Positions 12,267 to 26,058 of a stretch of 55,330 bases of DNA are shown one piece after another. How positions within the stretch are numbered: position 1 is the stretch's first letter; each line of letters starts with the position of its first letter. The DNA is from Octopus bimaculoides. Its lineage: Eukaryota. Both the position numbers and the translations under genes were made by a program. Below the pieces are notes generated by a model, which saw nothing but the letters and a program-made list of their open reading frames with translations, searched no databases and had not been told where the DNA came from. The DNA is taken from NCBI RefSeq assembly GCF_001194135.2, contig NC_068985.1:88334163-88389492 (forward strand). The letters are read 5' to 3'.

Positions 12267-12365
12267 GTGGCCATGTCTGTTGGCGGTCTCATATCTACAT
12301 ATGCTATTTCTATTGTTGTGCTAATATCGGTGGGAATCGTAGGAGGATCTATATTAACAACAAAG
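12267..12365 (+). CDS. Candidate 99-nt exon encoding a hydrophobic helix (VAMSVGGLISTYAISIVVLISVGIVGGSILTTK), MFS/SLC-transporter-like
   Basis: AG|...AAG|GT boundaries, phase 0/0, Gly-spaced hydrophobic pattern. No partner exons identified. Confidence 0.3.
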
Positions 12366-12811
12366 GTATTTATTTATGATATAGCTACCGATTGATTTTG
12401 TTACTCTTGTCATTGATATACGTTTAACAGTATAGATCATTATTGTAAATATTAAATGTATTTTTGTCAGTTTCACTAAATATTCTCATGATGGCGTCAT
12501 TAGCACGATATCCAGTCACAACCCAACCTTACTACGTCGTTTTCTAATTACTTTAGAAATAAAAAAACATTTTTTAATGATTAATGAGATAAAGTAATTA
12601 TAGTCTGATAGTTGTGAGAATAGATTTTTCTGCGCATTGGTATTCAAACTCTAGCAACAACATTCAATTTTATAATATGTATGGCAGTTCGTTTGTAGTT
12701 GTCTATTTATATATGTTCGAATGTTTGACTCCATGCATATATATATCTAAATATATAAATATATATGTACATATATAGAATATCATGCAAACAACAAAAA
12801 CACAAATATGC

Positions 12812-12813
<2 letters not shown>

Positions 12814-12888
<75 letters not shown>
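12814..12888. repeat. (TA)n microsatellite
   Basis: Uninterrupted TA run. Confidence 0.98.
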
Positions 12889-12889
<1 letters not shown>

Positions 12890-15725
12890 GTACTGAAATA
12901 AATGTACATATATTTATAACTATATCTATATGTTTTCATACGCATACACACTTATATATATGCATACCTATTTATGTGAGCTTTTCCCAACACAGATGCA
13001 CACACAGTACACACACACACGCGTGCACACCCACACAAACAACGTTAGTGATTTAAACATTATCGATCACTCATACTCAGTTTATATGGTTTGTTTCCTC
13101 ACTGGGTTCGATGCAGTAACATGTCTAAGAACTTTGAAAGTCGTAGACGAGTGACACAACTCTCCTCCCATCCAATTCAGGAGTGATGGACACCGACATT
13201 TCGTTACTTCATGCGTTTTCATGATCACGTACCTGAATGGAATCGAGGACGCATAGAGTTGCTAGTATATAACTATATATAAATAGTTTTAAACCATTCG
13301 ATAATATGCCACGTCGATGTACGCATGATATTAAATTCGATAAAGAATTAAAAGCAGCGATGTAAACATCAAACGCGCATGATCAATGAGCGATCGATAT
13401 TGTTTACACCTTATACATGTTTGAGTGTGTGCATATGTATGTCTGTATGCATGTATGTAAATATATATTTCCATATATGTATAAATGCATGTATATATTT
13501 TCAGTGCGTACGAAAGAAATAAGTAGTTACCACGGTGGCAAAAACTCACATTAGTGTCAAGGATATTGCAGCCTACTTATAAAGGTAAACATTCCAGGGT
13601 TAAANNNNNNNNNNTAATATAATAACTGACGCTCGGCGAAAGTAGAGAGCTGTTGTTAATGATCTGAGGATAGGTCTTCGTCAGAAACATCAAAGTCCGA
13701 AGAGAAAGAAGTAAAACTGATACAAGCATTAATTTCACAGAAATACATATTGCTATACTTTGTATTTATTCAGTTTCAATGGAAAATCTAAATTTGAAAA
13801 TTAAATGAATTAACTACTGTAGGATAATGTATTTTTAATTCCGAGACGTTCGGAAATATTAAAAGTAGCTTCGTGAATTTTTAATATGCAATTCATATTC
13901 AATGAAAAACTGAGCCACTAATCTCTAGTTGTTTTAGATTTTAGGAATACGAGCATAATTTTAAATAGTAATATTCAAAGAGGTCACTTTATGTCACTGG
14001 GCAAACGGGCTCCTTTATTTTCTCCTTCTTTAATTTAGAATATTTCGCCGCAGAAGACAAATAATTTTCTCTTTCGAGTTTACAAATTCTTCATGCAATC
14101 AAGATCGTTAGGTTATTTTACATATCCATCATATTAAACACTAACCTAATTCTAATTCACTTATAATGAAGATTTACTAAATTCTCTAATACTACATTAA
14201 GGCATAACCCCGTTCATTATTTCTCATTACTTCAGTTTAGGATGTCAACATGGCTTTTAACGATAACTAAACAACTGTAACTTAAAATTCATAGCATATT
14301 TAATCCTTAATGTTTTACAATTACAACATCAGAAACTTACACGGACCTCTTTGAATATGCTTATGTATAGATATATAATAAAAAATAGGAGGGGTTTATT
14401 TCACTGGTGATGTAAACGAATAGGTACGCTGACTAAATGCTATAACTGACCAAAACGTTAAGTTCCGAGTTTACAGATGAGGCTGGAGCGAAGGATCCGT
14501 ATTATGCTTCCGTGTTAGCAGGTATATATTAGAGAAAAAGGACAACAAAAACCAAGACAGGGCAAGTATCAGAAGTCATTTAAAATAATTTACGGTAAGG
14601 GGGATTTAAAATCTTACAGCTGTTTCTGGTATATCTCAAGTGATACACTAGCATGTCCATACACTATACATTCCGTAATCAGAGACATATATATAATCGT
14701 CAGCAGTTCCTATTTCCGAAAAAGCACTAGAGCAGGAATGTACGTTTCTCAAACGTAAACATTATTGCTGGTCATAGACTGAATATTGGTTTGGCCCCTA
14801 CAAAGTGCTTGGCAATATAAGCGATTCGTCAGACGCAAAGACACGTAAACTCTAGATTCTTCCGTTGAAGCTGTTTTGTTATGGAAGTCTAACTAGCAGA
14901 AATTTGAGTGGACAGTAACGTGTACACTTTCGATGAATATCCGCTTTTCTGAAACAAAATTGCGGAAACGTGGTATGGTCTAACACATCGTACACTCTTA
15001 CCAACAGGTTCTCACGCTTCCTGGATATATGTTTACACACACACGTGTGATAAAAAACACACGCACCCCCCCACTCACACACAGGCATTCACACACACTC
15101 ATACACAGATATATCGTTAAAGCCATGAAACTGAGTATTGGTATTGTTTGTCGATAACTGACGAAGAATTAGGGTCCTTCTGTGTCTGTCCTACGTGTAC
15201 GTTGTGTAGAATTCAATGCATTTTTCGTTTCTTGAGGAACTGAACCCACACATCCCGACTTATTTTAACAGTAAGTTTTACGTAGTTTCTTTCATTTTTC
15301 CTGCTTTCTTTCGTTCTGTCTTTCTTTATTTGCTTCTTTCTCTCTCTCTCTCTCTCTCTCTCGTCCTAATATTTCTTTTCTAGCATCCCTATTTTTATTC
15401 TCTCTCTCTCTCGTCTTCTCACACTTAATTGTAGACGTTCTCCCTCCCTTCCCCTCTTCTCTCTCTATCCCTCTCTCCCTATCTCTCATCTTCTTTCCCT
15501 TCTATCTATTGCCCACACGTAACCCGTGACCAATTTTCCAATCTTTGCCTTAGCCAACAGCACAGCATTTTCTCCTCTCAGAATTTCTCTTTCTTTATAT
15601 CCATTGATTTATCTTGTTTGCTGGAGCCTTAATTCTACGCAAATCTTGCGGGTGTCGTCGATTTACGAAGTTATTTGTCATATCGTTAAAGACACGAAAC
15701 TGTGTATCTTTTATCTTTTATAGGT

Positions 15726-16172
15726 TTCATCGAGAGGCTGGTCCCGTATACTTCAGCTGTAGTTTGTGTATGGATTGATAGCAGAGAGCTTGAAATGTTG
15801 CGCCATTGAACAGCATATTATTCCCATCAGCCCATTTATATATTACGTTCAGGACATCCCGCATTCTTAGGATGTTAATAGGAGCCTTGACTGCCTGCGA
15901 TACTTTTGTATCATTGGCGTAACTGGTGAGTATGACAGACTTTATGATTGAAGGCATTCCTAGAAAGTAACCAGAAGCAGTAGTTGACCCAGCGTTGTTC
16001 CCTTCGGGGCTCCACTGAAGATTGGTATAACTTTAGAGAGAGCAACACTTGGTGTGACAGCCTGACATGTGCCGTTCAAGAAATCATGCAAGTACTCTCC
16101 CAGTCTACCAGTGATGACGATACCACGCAATTTATGACAAATTATCCCATGATCGACTTGGTCAAAGGCATT
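15726..16172 (-). pseudogene. CR1/L2-like LINE reverse-transcriptase fragment
   Basis: Minus-strand frames give AFDQVDHGIICHKLR...SGAPKGTTLGQLL (KAFDKVDH / SGVPQG.VLGPLL) and LTSYANDTKV...IYKWADGNNMLFN (YADD motif mutated). Contains a stop and a frameshift. Confidence 0.9.
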
Positions 16173-16242
16173 AACCGATGAAGAAATAGGGTCTTATTGT
16201 GTCTGTCCTACGTGTACGTTCTGTAATATTTCATGCATTTTT

Positions 16243-16277
<35 letters not shown>

Positions 16278-19076
16278 NNNNNNNNNNNNNNNNNNNNNNN
16301 NNNNNNNNNNNNNNNNNNNNNNNNNNNNNNNNNNNNNNNNNNNNNNNNNNNNNNNNNNNNNNNNNNNNNNNNNNNNNNNNNNNNNNNNNNNNNNNNNNNN
16401 NNNNNNNNNNNNNNNNNNNNNNNNNNNNNNNNNNNNNNNNNNNNNNNNNNNNNNNNNNNNNNNNNNNNNNNNNNNNNNNNNNNNNNNNNNNNNNNNNNNN
16501 NNNNNNNNNNNNNNNNNNNNNNNNNNNNNNNNNNNNNNNNNNNNNNNNNNNNNNNNNNNNNNNNNNNNNNNNNNNNNNNNNNNNNNNNNNNNNNNNNNNN
16601 NNNNNNNNNNNNNNNNNNNNNNNNNNNNNNNNNNNNNNNNNNNNNNNNNNNNNNNNNNNNNNNNNNNNNNNNNNNNNNNNNNNNNNNNNNNNNNNNNNNN
16701 NNNNNNNNNNNNNNNNNNNNNNNNNNNNNNNNNNNNNNNNNNNNNNNNNNNNNNNNNNNNNNNNNNNNNNNNNNNNNNNNNNNNNNNNNNNNNNNNNNNN
16801 NNNNNNNNNNNNNNNNNNNNNNNNNNNNNNNNNNNNNNNNNNNNNNNNNNNNNNNNNNNNNNNNNNNNNNNNNNNNNNNNNNNNNNNNNNNNNNNNNNNN
16901 NNNNNNNNNNNNNNNNNNNNNNNNNNNNNNNNNNNNNNNNNNNNNNNNNNNNNNNNNNNNNNNNNNNNNNNNNNNNNNNNNNNNNNNNNNNNNNNNNNNN
17001 NNNNNNNNNNNNNNNNNNNNNNNNNNNNNNNNNNNNGAAATTATTACTAAGGGTCTATGGCTCATTCAAAATATTACCATAGTTATAACGAAAATGTGCA
17101 GGAAATAGCTTATTTCTCTACTCATCTTGTTTGTCTTAAAATTTCGTGACATAACAGCAATTGTGGAACGCGTTTCTAGGTTTGAATAATAAATTAAACG
17201 ATTTGAAATTATTTTTGAAGAAGCATATGGTTATTTTCTTATGCTTTTAAGAACGAATTGTCAGCCTATTTTATAATTATTTGATTTGTTATCTAAATCT
17301 TGTGAATAGGAACTCTAATATCTGTATTATAATGTATAACCAGTTCGTATACATCTCAGCGTAAACACTTAATTTATACGAAAGCATCGATAACGTCATA
17401 TCAGGCTTTTCGAAACAGATTTCTCACAGCAAAAGCCAAAGAATTAAAGTTTGCATTTATAGAACAGAATTACTAAGCAAGCTCGACAGGGGTGTGCGAT
17501 TTCTTCTGTGATGTGTAATTAGATAAATAGATGTGGCAAATACTTCAAATGATACTTACCATAAGTAGCTGTTGGCTTCATTGTGTCTATTTAGGAATCT
17601 GTCATGTAGCTACAGGCTAATTTGCTTACAGCATTGTAAATTTTAGTCTATTATCATTAACTACTCGGCAAATCTCTAGAGGTTTTCCACAGAAACACAT
17701 GCTGTAACTTGTAATTTTATGATTTTCAAAACTAACTGAAACTGCTTAGCATGCTTACGATTATTTCAAGGGAATACATAGAAAGAAAGATGCAAGATGT
17801 TTGCAATTACTTAGAGGCTTTTCTGTATATGATGCGCAGATGAAGCTGGAATATTTACACTACTTATTCTATGTTGCATGAGTGTCTAACACGATTATAC
17901 ACGCCACGAAAGACAATGTTCTTTGTTTTTCTTTTTAACACCTGGCAGTCAAATTTCTATAAATCGATGCTTAATGCATTAGAAAAAGAAATACCACTTT
18001 GGACAATGTAGTCCTCGTTATACGTAGAAAATGGAATTGCGATGGTAGATCGATTCAACGAAATATAATAATGGTCAAAGCAACGAATACATTGAAATAA
18101 GTGGAAGTTGAAATACGATAGTGTTCAAAGAAATAATAATGACATCGATGGTAAGGATATATTTCTCTGTCTCGTAATTTTGTCTGAACTAAGATATTTG
18201 CTGTTTATTTGCACAGCATTATCTCTACAAATTTAACTTACATATATGTAATAGTGTTACTACTGAAATTAACATACCATGCGTTGCCTATGTATCTTAA
18301 GATACTTATGGCTTGTTATTTATGAAAGAATACAAGTTTAACATATTTGAAATAAAGCACTCGAAGTTTGGAAACATATTTTATCCTTGAAACATGCAGT
18401 GTATGGTTCGCAGTTTAACAATTTTTGTTGGTATACTGAGGTGTTTCTACGGAGAAAACTGTTTGCGAATTTTCATGATTATGGATTTTACCAACAGTGC
18501 TGGTCATAATTCAATGCAAGAATTTCATTATATTTTCTTTAAAGAGAACTTGAAGTAGAGCGAGCTACTTATCTTTATGTCGTACAGACGTTTTGAATAT
18601 GAAGAAAATTATTCATGAAGATGTTGTGAAGTACTGGTCGATTAGAAAACTCCATGTCAATGAGCTGTTTAGATGGTATGCTTCCAATATGTGAGCCAAC
18701 ATAACACACGAGGATGCGCTGAAAGTTCATGGGTTAGCTATAAAGGAGCAATATTAGAGCTGTGCTATCTTGTACGTATCAATTTCAAATATTGTATTAA
18801 TAACTGCATTTTTTTCTTATTTTTTTATTAATTGACATCTAACACTTCAGAGTATATTTTGTGGTTTCTCTTGAAACATGAAGACAATTTGGCGTCGTTG
18901 TGTTTTCATTACTTGCAGAAAAAGAGCATTGCCCACTTTAAATTTCTTTTAAAACAGTTTATTACATTTAAATTTTTCTTACAATTAACTAAATTAGCAT
19001 AGAATAATGGTTTCATGTGTTTATTTTTTTAAGGTCTAAACTGTCCATAAATAAATGCGGAAGAAATAGTTCAATG

Positions 19077-19106
19077 ACTGTAAACCTACTTTTGGGCCAC
19101 CCTGTA
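19077..19106 (+). mobile_element. Tc1/mariner terminal inverted repeat (right end) with TA target site
   Basis: Reverse complement is TA|CAGGGTGGCCCAAAAGTAGGTTTACAGT. The matching left TIR was not found; other mariner-like remnants lie near 18710-18930. Confidence 0.65.
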
Positions 19107-19142
19107 TATGTTGCCACCCGGTAGAAGATAATTGTTCCTTAC

Positions 19143-19324
19143 AATGATCATTCAAAGAAAACTGCATAATTTGCTGGTTATTCCTTCCTGAATGACGGCA
19201 GGACTAATGTGGTAAAATGATATCATCTGGATTTGAACTTGGAAAATAAACGGAAGTAAAAGTTGTTCATCCATATTTCTAAAGTGTGTAGCATTCGCTG
19301 TCCTCTCTGTATATAATATTTCAT
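19143..19324 (-). other. Exon-like segment (182 nt), coding status unknown
   Basis: About 65-nt pyrimidine tract ending TTTTTTCAG| and a donor |GTAAGG. No frame is open across the whole segment. Confidence 0.3.
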
Positions 19325-20410
19325 CTGAAAAAATAAGTTGAAAAGCAAAGACCGAGATAATAATAAACGATGACAAAGAACAGAAATGAACGACAGGGTT
19401 TGAAGGTTCTAAGTGTGTGTAAATTTTCAAAAGTTGGTCGATTTGTGAAAAAATGTGAGTTGTGATTTTAGGTTGAAGCGGCTGCTGTGTCAATTCGTAT
19501 GAGGTGATTGTGAAGAATATCTTACTTCGACTTGTTATATCGATTACAGGAAGACTGTACATGTGTACTAAAGCTCTGTAGGTATTGGAGAAAGCCACGG
19601 ATAACTTTATGATAAAACAAACATCAAACACTGACTAATTTGTAATAAAAAAGATAATCGCGGAATTGATTTTCTCACAAATTTAAAACTTCAACAAGGA
19701 ATAATTTAATGAATTGACATCTTTAAGTTTAGCGATTGAAAATGCGTCATGAATTTCAATATAACTATCTCTATTCTATAGATCTTCTTTAATCCATATT
19801 CATAAATGCAAACCATTTGTTTTCATTTCTGTACTCCATTAATTCTTCTTTCTATCACTCTTCCGTTTGCTTTCACATATTTTGTTTTCTTTTTCTTTCA
19901 ATCTCTTATCTTTTGTTATCTCTTTCCTTTTCACCGTGACTTCCTGTTGTTGTTGCTCTATTATTTCAAACGATAGGCGTTACCAAACGCATTCAGTAAC
20001 GTTATAGTAGCCTTGAAATGTTTTTATCATATTTCAACTCTTTTCTACGAGTTATCTAATTATTATGGGTTTGATTATGGCGTGTCATTTGCATATTTTT
20101 CATGTTGCTCGTTTTCGAATTACTATTTTAGATGTTGCAAAATTTTGCTCTCATATACTGATTTACCTAACTGTTTTTCTGTTGCTTGTTTCAGTTCCTG
20201 GAATGCGCCCACGGTGGAGCACTAAAAATAATCAATCACAGTACTTGGATTTCTTACATCCGGTTACGCCGCCTTAACCTAACGAAGAAATAGTGTTACA
20301 TGGTGGGAGGAAAAGAAGACATTAAACATACGAGGACAAAATTACCAGGGCACATATACGCGAGCATATTTTCCATTTAACAAATTTAGTTACAAATTAT
20401 CAGTCGATCC

Positions 20411-20850
20411 GAGGCTATAGTAGAGGAGGCAGCGTCATGTTTATGTAGGCTATGGGGAAAATCGTCTGAGAAAGTTAAGCATATGATTAGTAGATGCTGA
20501 ACACTAGCCTAAAAGGAATATGAAAAAGACTCCGAGAAATTAGCAATGCGAATACACTGGTAGTTGTGCAAGATGTATGGGCTAGATCGTTCCAAATAGC
20601 AATAAAAATACACAGGAATGTTAATAATGCTATAGAAATATACTGAAGTTATGCTTTACATGCAAAGAATAAGAGGCTATAACCATTTTCTGGGAATAGA
20701 AGTGCATGTTCGTTTTTTTTTGTAGACATTTTCTATAAAAAAGCAATACAGAAAATAATAAACAGCCGATCAAATATTGCAATCATCGACGAAGAAGAAA
20801 CTATAATCGACACAGCATGATCATTTGACAGCAAAGAGAAAGGAAAATAA
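20411..20850 (+). pseudogene. Decayed R4/Dong CCHC zinc knuckle and restriction-like endonuclease region
   Basis: Reads CRLWGKSSEKVKHMISRC*TLA*KEYE...IHW*LCKMYGL and SRSNIAIIDEEETIIDTA*SFD, matching CRLC..ETV.HI.S.C..LAQKEY..RHD..VHW.LC.KYGL and RPDIV.ID...IID.A.P.D. Multiple stops. Confidence 0.8.
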
Positions 20851-23800
20851 TTTCAGTCTGCTAACCGGAAGAGATAAAGTCGATTATAGGAACAACAAAA
20901 TTAATACGGTCATTTGCGAATGTAAACAAAATGTTTGAGAATCGGCCTTAGTAAATTTCATATGAACCTGAAATTTTAAGGAAAGGTTCAACGCGATGTT
21001 AAAACAGAGATGGGGAGCAAAAATTCGGAAAATATTCCAAATATAATTTACCAAAGCATTTCACTCTTATCATCCGAGACCATGTGTTGTATATTAGTTA
21101 AACAGTTTAATTAAATTTGACAAAGGTACGAAATACAAATGCGTAAAAGAGCAAATATTCTTTAAATCCATTAATAATTTTTGTACACGTTAAAGAGTGT
21201 ACTTGGGAAAGGTAAGGCGATGCTATCTACTCCAGTAAAATTGATAACCAACCTTCAAAATGCAAGAACATAAACACCAACCAGAATGAATTTGAACTCA
21301 AGAACTAAATTTCCGTTGATATACGGCAAACATTGGTTTCGTCACTTCGGCTACTCTGCCAAGCAATAATAATAATAATACCGGTGTTTTGTTAGCTTCT
21401 TATATAATTTAGCTGTCAACACAGAACTATTTTTGGAGGTGAGAAAATAAAATCTTTAGGTTTTGCACTTATTGACTAATTAACAAATCTAAAAATGTAC
21501 CAATAATTCTTATATTATATTCCATCCAATGTTTGTAGTCTGTTATTTATTTTTATATGATTTTGGAAATGTCAGTCTTTTTTGGTGTTTGTTAAAATGC
21601 CAATATCTCTTAGGTGAGGAGCGGCATATTAAGGAAGAAAACAAATAACAAAAATAATAGAAAACCTGACAGCTGTTTTTTTTTTCTTTTATTCCTTCAT
21701 ATTTGTTAAAAAAGAAGTTACTTTTCTATATACCATTTCAATCAATATATTTTGGCTTCCTACTATTTATAATTCCTTTCTCTTTATCTCTCTCATCATT
21801 CATTTTTCATACACAGTTTTTAATATATACTCGTGTACAGGAACATACATTAAAGTGTAGTGAAATTTCATAATTCAATTGAAAGCACCGTCTTCTGGCA
21901 AGATATTTAGAAGTGTTAGACTAAGTCAGTACGTACATCAAAATAACATGCATGAGTCAACTGCATAGCATTTTCTTAGTAAATATGGCGGCTGATTGCT
22001 CCTATACATGCAAACCTGTTTACAAGAGAGGAATCCATTGGGGGAGCTGAGTGACTTCACTTGAAACACATTCCATCGTCTACTACAAGATGTGGTTCCA
22101 AGATTTCGAATGATGTCAAACACTTTATGTAATTCCGCACTACCTTTTTTAATTCAAGCTAAATATTCGAAAAAGAATACCCTAACAATTAAAGGGTTAC
22201 ACTAACTAAAAGACTTGAGAGACATTTTGGAAGCTAAATTATGTTTGGATATATGCTCGATCATACTGCAAAATACTTAAGAATAATGGAAATATGCAAC
22301 TGATGCCTATGGGTAGTTTGGAGAAGAAAAGGTTTCGAAGTATGGGCTAAATATATGTATAATGGAATGCAAAATTTGAATGCAGGATCTCCTAGGAAAC
22401 GATTCAGCACATCAGGAATATTCATGGTTCCCTAGTTGCGTATGCAAATAAATAACGTACATAGAATATGATAATTACTGCAAAAGGTTAACGGAATAGA
22501 TTGAGAACTCGGTTGACATATAACAAAGGAAATTATGTATGAAAACCTGATCAATCACCATGAAAGTATCCATGAATATATGTAGCAATTGCCAATAGGT
22601 GTTTAAAAGATATGTGACATTCTGTAGTAAGTGTTGCGCTTGGAGGTTTAATAGCAATACCTCATTAGTGTTCAGTATATGATCTGCAAGGCATAAGCAA
22701 TTATACATAATCCACTTATATCATCCTTTCCTAAAATCAAGATAGCTACAGCTGATGCTAATGAAACTGAGAGAAGAGGAAGAAGACAGAGTCAGAGACG
22801 AGACGAGCAAATTAAAGACATATTCTCCCTTTGGATAATCCGAAGTGAATTATGATGATAGATTCTGGATTTTAAGTGTTTGACGCCAATTTTGCTAATT
22901 TTCTTATTGATACTTGTGCCGAGGTTTTTTTCTGTGTGCCATTGGCCATACCATATTTTAGAAATAGCATTACTATAACAATTATTGATAACATGTTCTT
23001 TTAAGATTGAAGAAAACGGAGCATTATAGAGAAAAATTACACATCGTGTTAACATACATGTATCAACTTCCTTTTGCACATATCGTCCGCTATGATGCAG
23101 AATAAACTTTGCAAAATGTGAATAACTTAATCGTGTGTCAACGGTGAAGATGACATTGTGAATGTAATGTAAATACAGCAGTGCATAGATGTGTGGTAGG
23201 CGCAAGGACATGAGAGTATCTTATAAAAAAGTACGCGCAAAGTAGAACACGTATTGCAAATATATTCACAACTCCACATTCAAATCTTCTTAATGGTATT
23301 AAAATTTGTAGCTGTTACTACATTGTTTTATGCAGGCGTGCACACGCAGACACATACACACATACATACATGTTTTTTTAATCTTGCATCTTCTATCTGT
23401 TCCAATCCTGAGAATGTGCTATGCTGATGCACCAACTTAAAGAATCTGGCTTGAAATTTAGTCTTTTGTCCAACTGCTAAGTGACAAGAGCTTACATACA
23501 CCATCATCGCTTGTCAGTCTATAGAGAGGGACACACACTCACACACGCACACACACATGGATGTGTATATACGACCGGTACCTTTCAGTTTAGTACATAG
23601 ATACATACATATATACACTAAATACAAATTCAATAGGGTATTTAAATACCGCATGTTATAAACAGAGCCATCGTTTCAAAACCATTAATTAACTCACTAT
23701 CACAATACATACGTTGAATGCAATAAATATTATACAAACAGAAGTGTGTATATTTCTGGATCAACAGATTTCGCTTTCTGTTTGAGCAATTGAATTTTAT

Positions 23801-24067
23801 TTTTGAACATAGTCACACTTGATGTTCATGCAATTCTTCCATCAGTGTTGCTTTGCTTAGATCCAATTTGTGAAAAAGCTTTCTTCCTCTTCGTGGTAAA
23901 GAATGTTATTAACTTAAGATATGACCTTAAAATCTGAACATTTGTGCGTCGTCTTCGAGGAGAAAGTCTGCTTATATAAAACATATATAAATAGTTATTG
24001 GTTATCTGATGTAAACATGAACAATTTACATCAGGTAACCAATAACTATTTCGTTTATCTTCACCAT

Positions 24068-24169
24068 CTGAGTTCAAATTAAGTCTCAGTTGCGTACTGG
24101 GGTCGATCTAATCGACTGGTCCTTTCATCAAAAATTTAGGGCCTTGTGCCTAGATTAGAAAATAATATT
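24068..24169 (+). mobile_element. SINE family A 3' fragment
   Basis: CAGTTGCGTACTGGGGTCGATCTAATCGACT...GGCCTTGTGCCTAGATTAGAAA. Confidence 0.8.
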
Positions 24170-25256
24170 TAATTCATAATTCCTTAGAATTCATCCAACT
24201 GTTAATTTCCCCAAATTTAATTAAGTCATTTTATGCATTAATGTTTATCGAAAGTATTTCCATCTACCTACATCAAATTTTTCTTAAGTCTTATAATTAC
24301 CTCTTCAATTTTCAGATATTTTTCATTCACTAAACTAAATAAAATAGAGATTTGATTCAGATAAGATACATACCTCATACTATAGAATATTGAATTGGAA
24401 GGAAGTTCACAATACCCAAGACGATATTGATGCATTTTATAAACAATTGATTTACGTTTATAATATAAATAATGTATTTACATTATAAATAAGTGGCGGA
24501 CGTCCAAGGAGTTAAACTAACCAAATTCTGGACTGCATAGTTTCGTTCATTTAAAATCATTTCACAAATTGAAACACGGCCAAGTTTATAACATGATGTT
24601 TTTGGTCAGCTATCCTGTGGTATTTGGCATGATATTTTTCATCGGAAGGAACATGTTTGTTGGTAATTGTATGGTATGACGTTTTAGAAATACCAAGGTA
24701 AGATTGCCTCATAAAAAAATGTCTGTTATATGAACAACTGGAAAGAGAAGAGAGGCTAGACACGTTATACTATATCAACACTTGGTCGTTTATGTGTGTT
24801 CACAGCCATTATTATATCTATTTACATGAAACGAACCACTCGTCCATCACGTGCTCTTTCATATACTTTTCCGAAGTATATTTTAGTATGTTTTCTTAAT
24901 AACGAACGGTATCAAACTGAAATATTTTCAATGAATTTATAGCCTAAAGCATAAGGTGTATCTTTATATCTGCTCTCATATTCAAATGAATTCAGACACG
25001 GATAGAAATACATATTTCTTTTTAGAAATACTGACTAGAAGAATGTTAGACCTACTTACTGCAGACACGAAACGCATCCGACTTTGACACTCATATCATT
25101 TTCAAGACAGTTAATAATTGCAATGAAGAGGCATCTGAAAAAGAGCGGAATATGAACGTCCCCTCTGCTTCTGAATAACACTTTCGCTATCAATTAGATA
25201 TTGTGTGATTATATTTTGTCGTTGCAAATATAATTCCTGCATTAAGATATTGATTG

Positions 25257-25464
25257 AAGGCGGCGGTCAGGAAGAATCATTAGTACGCTTAGCGGTATTA
25301 CGCCGGTCGCTACATCCTCAGTTCAAATTCCACCGAGGTCGCCTTTGCATTTCATCCTTTCAGGGTCAATTAAATAAGTACCAGTTACGCACTGGGGTCG
25401 AATTAATCGACTTAATCCCTTCCCTAAAATTCGAGGCCTTGTGCTTCCAGTCGATTAGGATATT
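25257..25464 (+). mobile_element. tRNA-derived SINE family A
   Basis: B-box-like AGTTCAAATTC, TTTCATCCTTTCAGGGTCAATTAAATAAGTACCAGT body and family tail. Confidence 0.9.
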
Positions 25465-25999
25465 GATTGCAACAATATAATTCTAATAAATAGGGCAATA
25501 AATAACTTACCAGTGATTAAGTACTGCTTTTTGAGTACATCATTCTTGGGGATATATTAATAGAAACGTTTTAGCTTTTTTCTAGAGACCCGAAGAATAG
25601 CATGAAACTGTAACATGTTTCATTAGTAGTTATATCCGCAGAAAATATTTACTGCGTCGAATATATTCAGTATGAGAACATGAGTAATGGGTAAATATTA
25701 TTATAAGATCTGGTAATTAGTCATATATTAATATATTAATTAATATATTAATTAATTATCAGGGGGCCAGCACATTTAAAGAATCAAAGAGATTCAGAAA
25801 TATTATCTGCAATCTCAGGGGATTAAGGTACATTTTAAAAAATAACGTCGACCACTAACGTGGACAATTAATGCGCTAGAAATAGATCACATCTTTGTCT
25901 ATTAAGACCTAAAAAGTTCTCAACATGAAATATAGCAGCATACCAAAAACGTGAGCGGGCAAGACATTTAAAATCACCTAAAAAAAAATCATTATTAAA

Positions 26000-26058
26000 C
26001 AGGAACCAGGTTTCGGATTTAACACATTCTTACCATTTGTCTATTCCTCATCAGCCTG
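26000..26058 (-). ncRNA. Minimal type-I hammerhead ribozyme with intact catalytic core
   Basis: Minus strand: CAGG-CUGAUGA-GGA(27 nt)UCC-GAAA-CCUGGUU-CCUG. Stem I CAGG/CCUG, stem II closed by GGA/UCC, self-complementary stem III AACC-U-GGUU, cleavage triplet GUU. Confidence 0.8.

Noticed and set aside
12703-13154. ORFs reading YIYI, THTH, CVCV, ERER, poly-L or poly-Y (also 27016-27354, 42156-42532, 47660-48185)
   Set aside because: Translations of di- and trinucleotide microsatellites.
15726-16172. Active reverse-transcriptase gene
   Set aside because: YADD is mutated to YAND, with a stop, a frameshift and truncation.
19152-19631. 159-aa minus-strand ORF with a hydrophobic core, as a receptor gene
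   Set aside because: The hydrophobic part coincides with a pyrimidine tract before an acceptor-like site, and no family motif is present.
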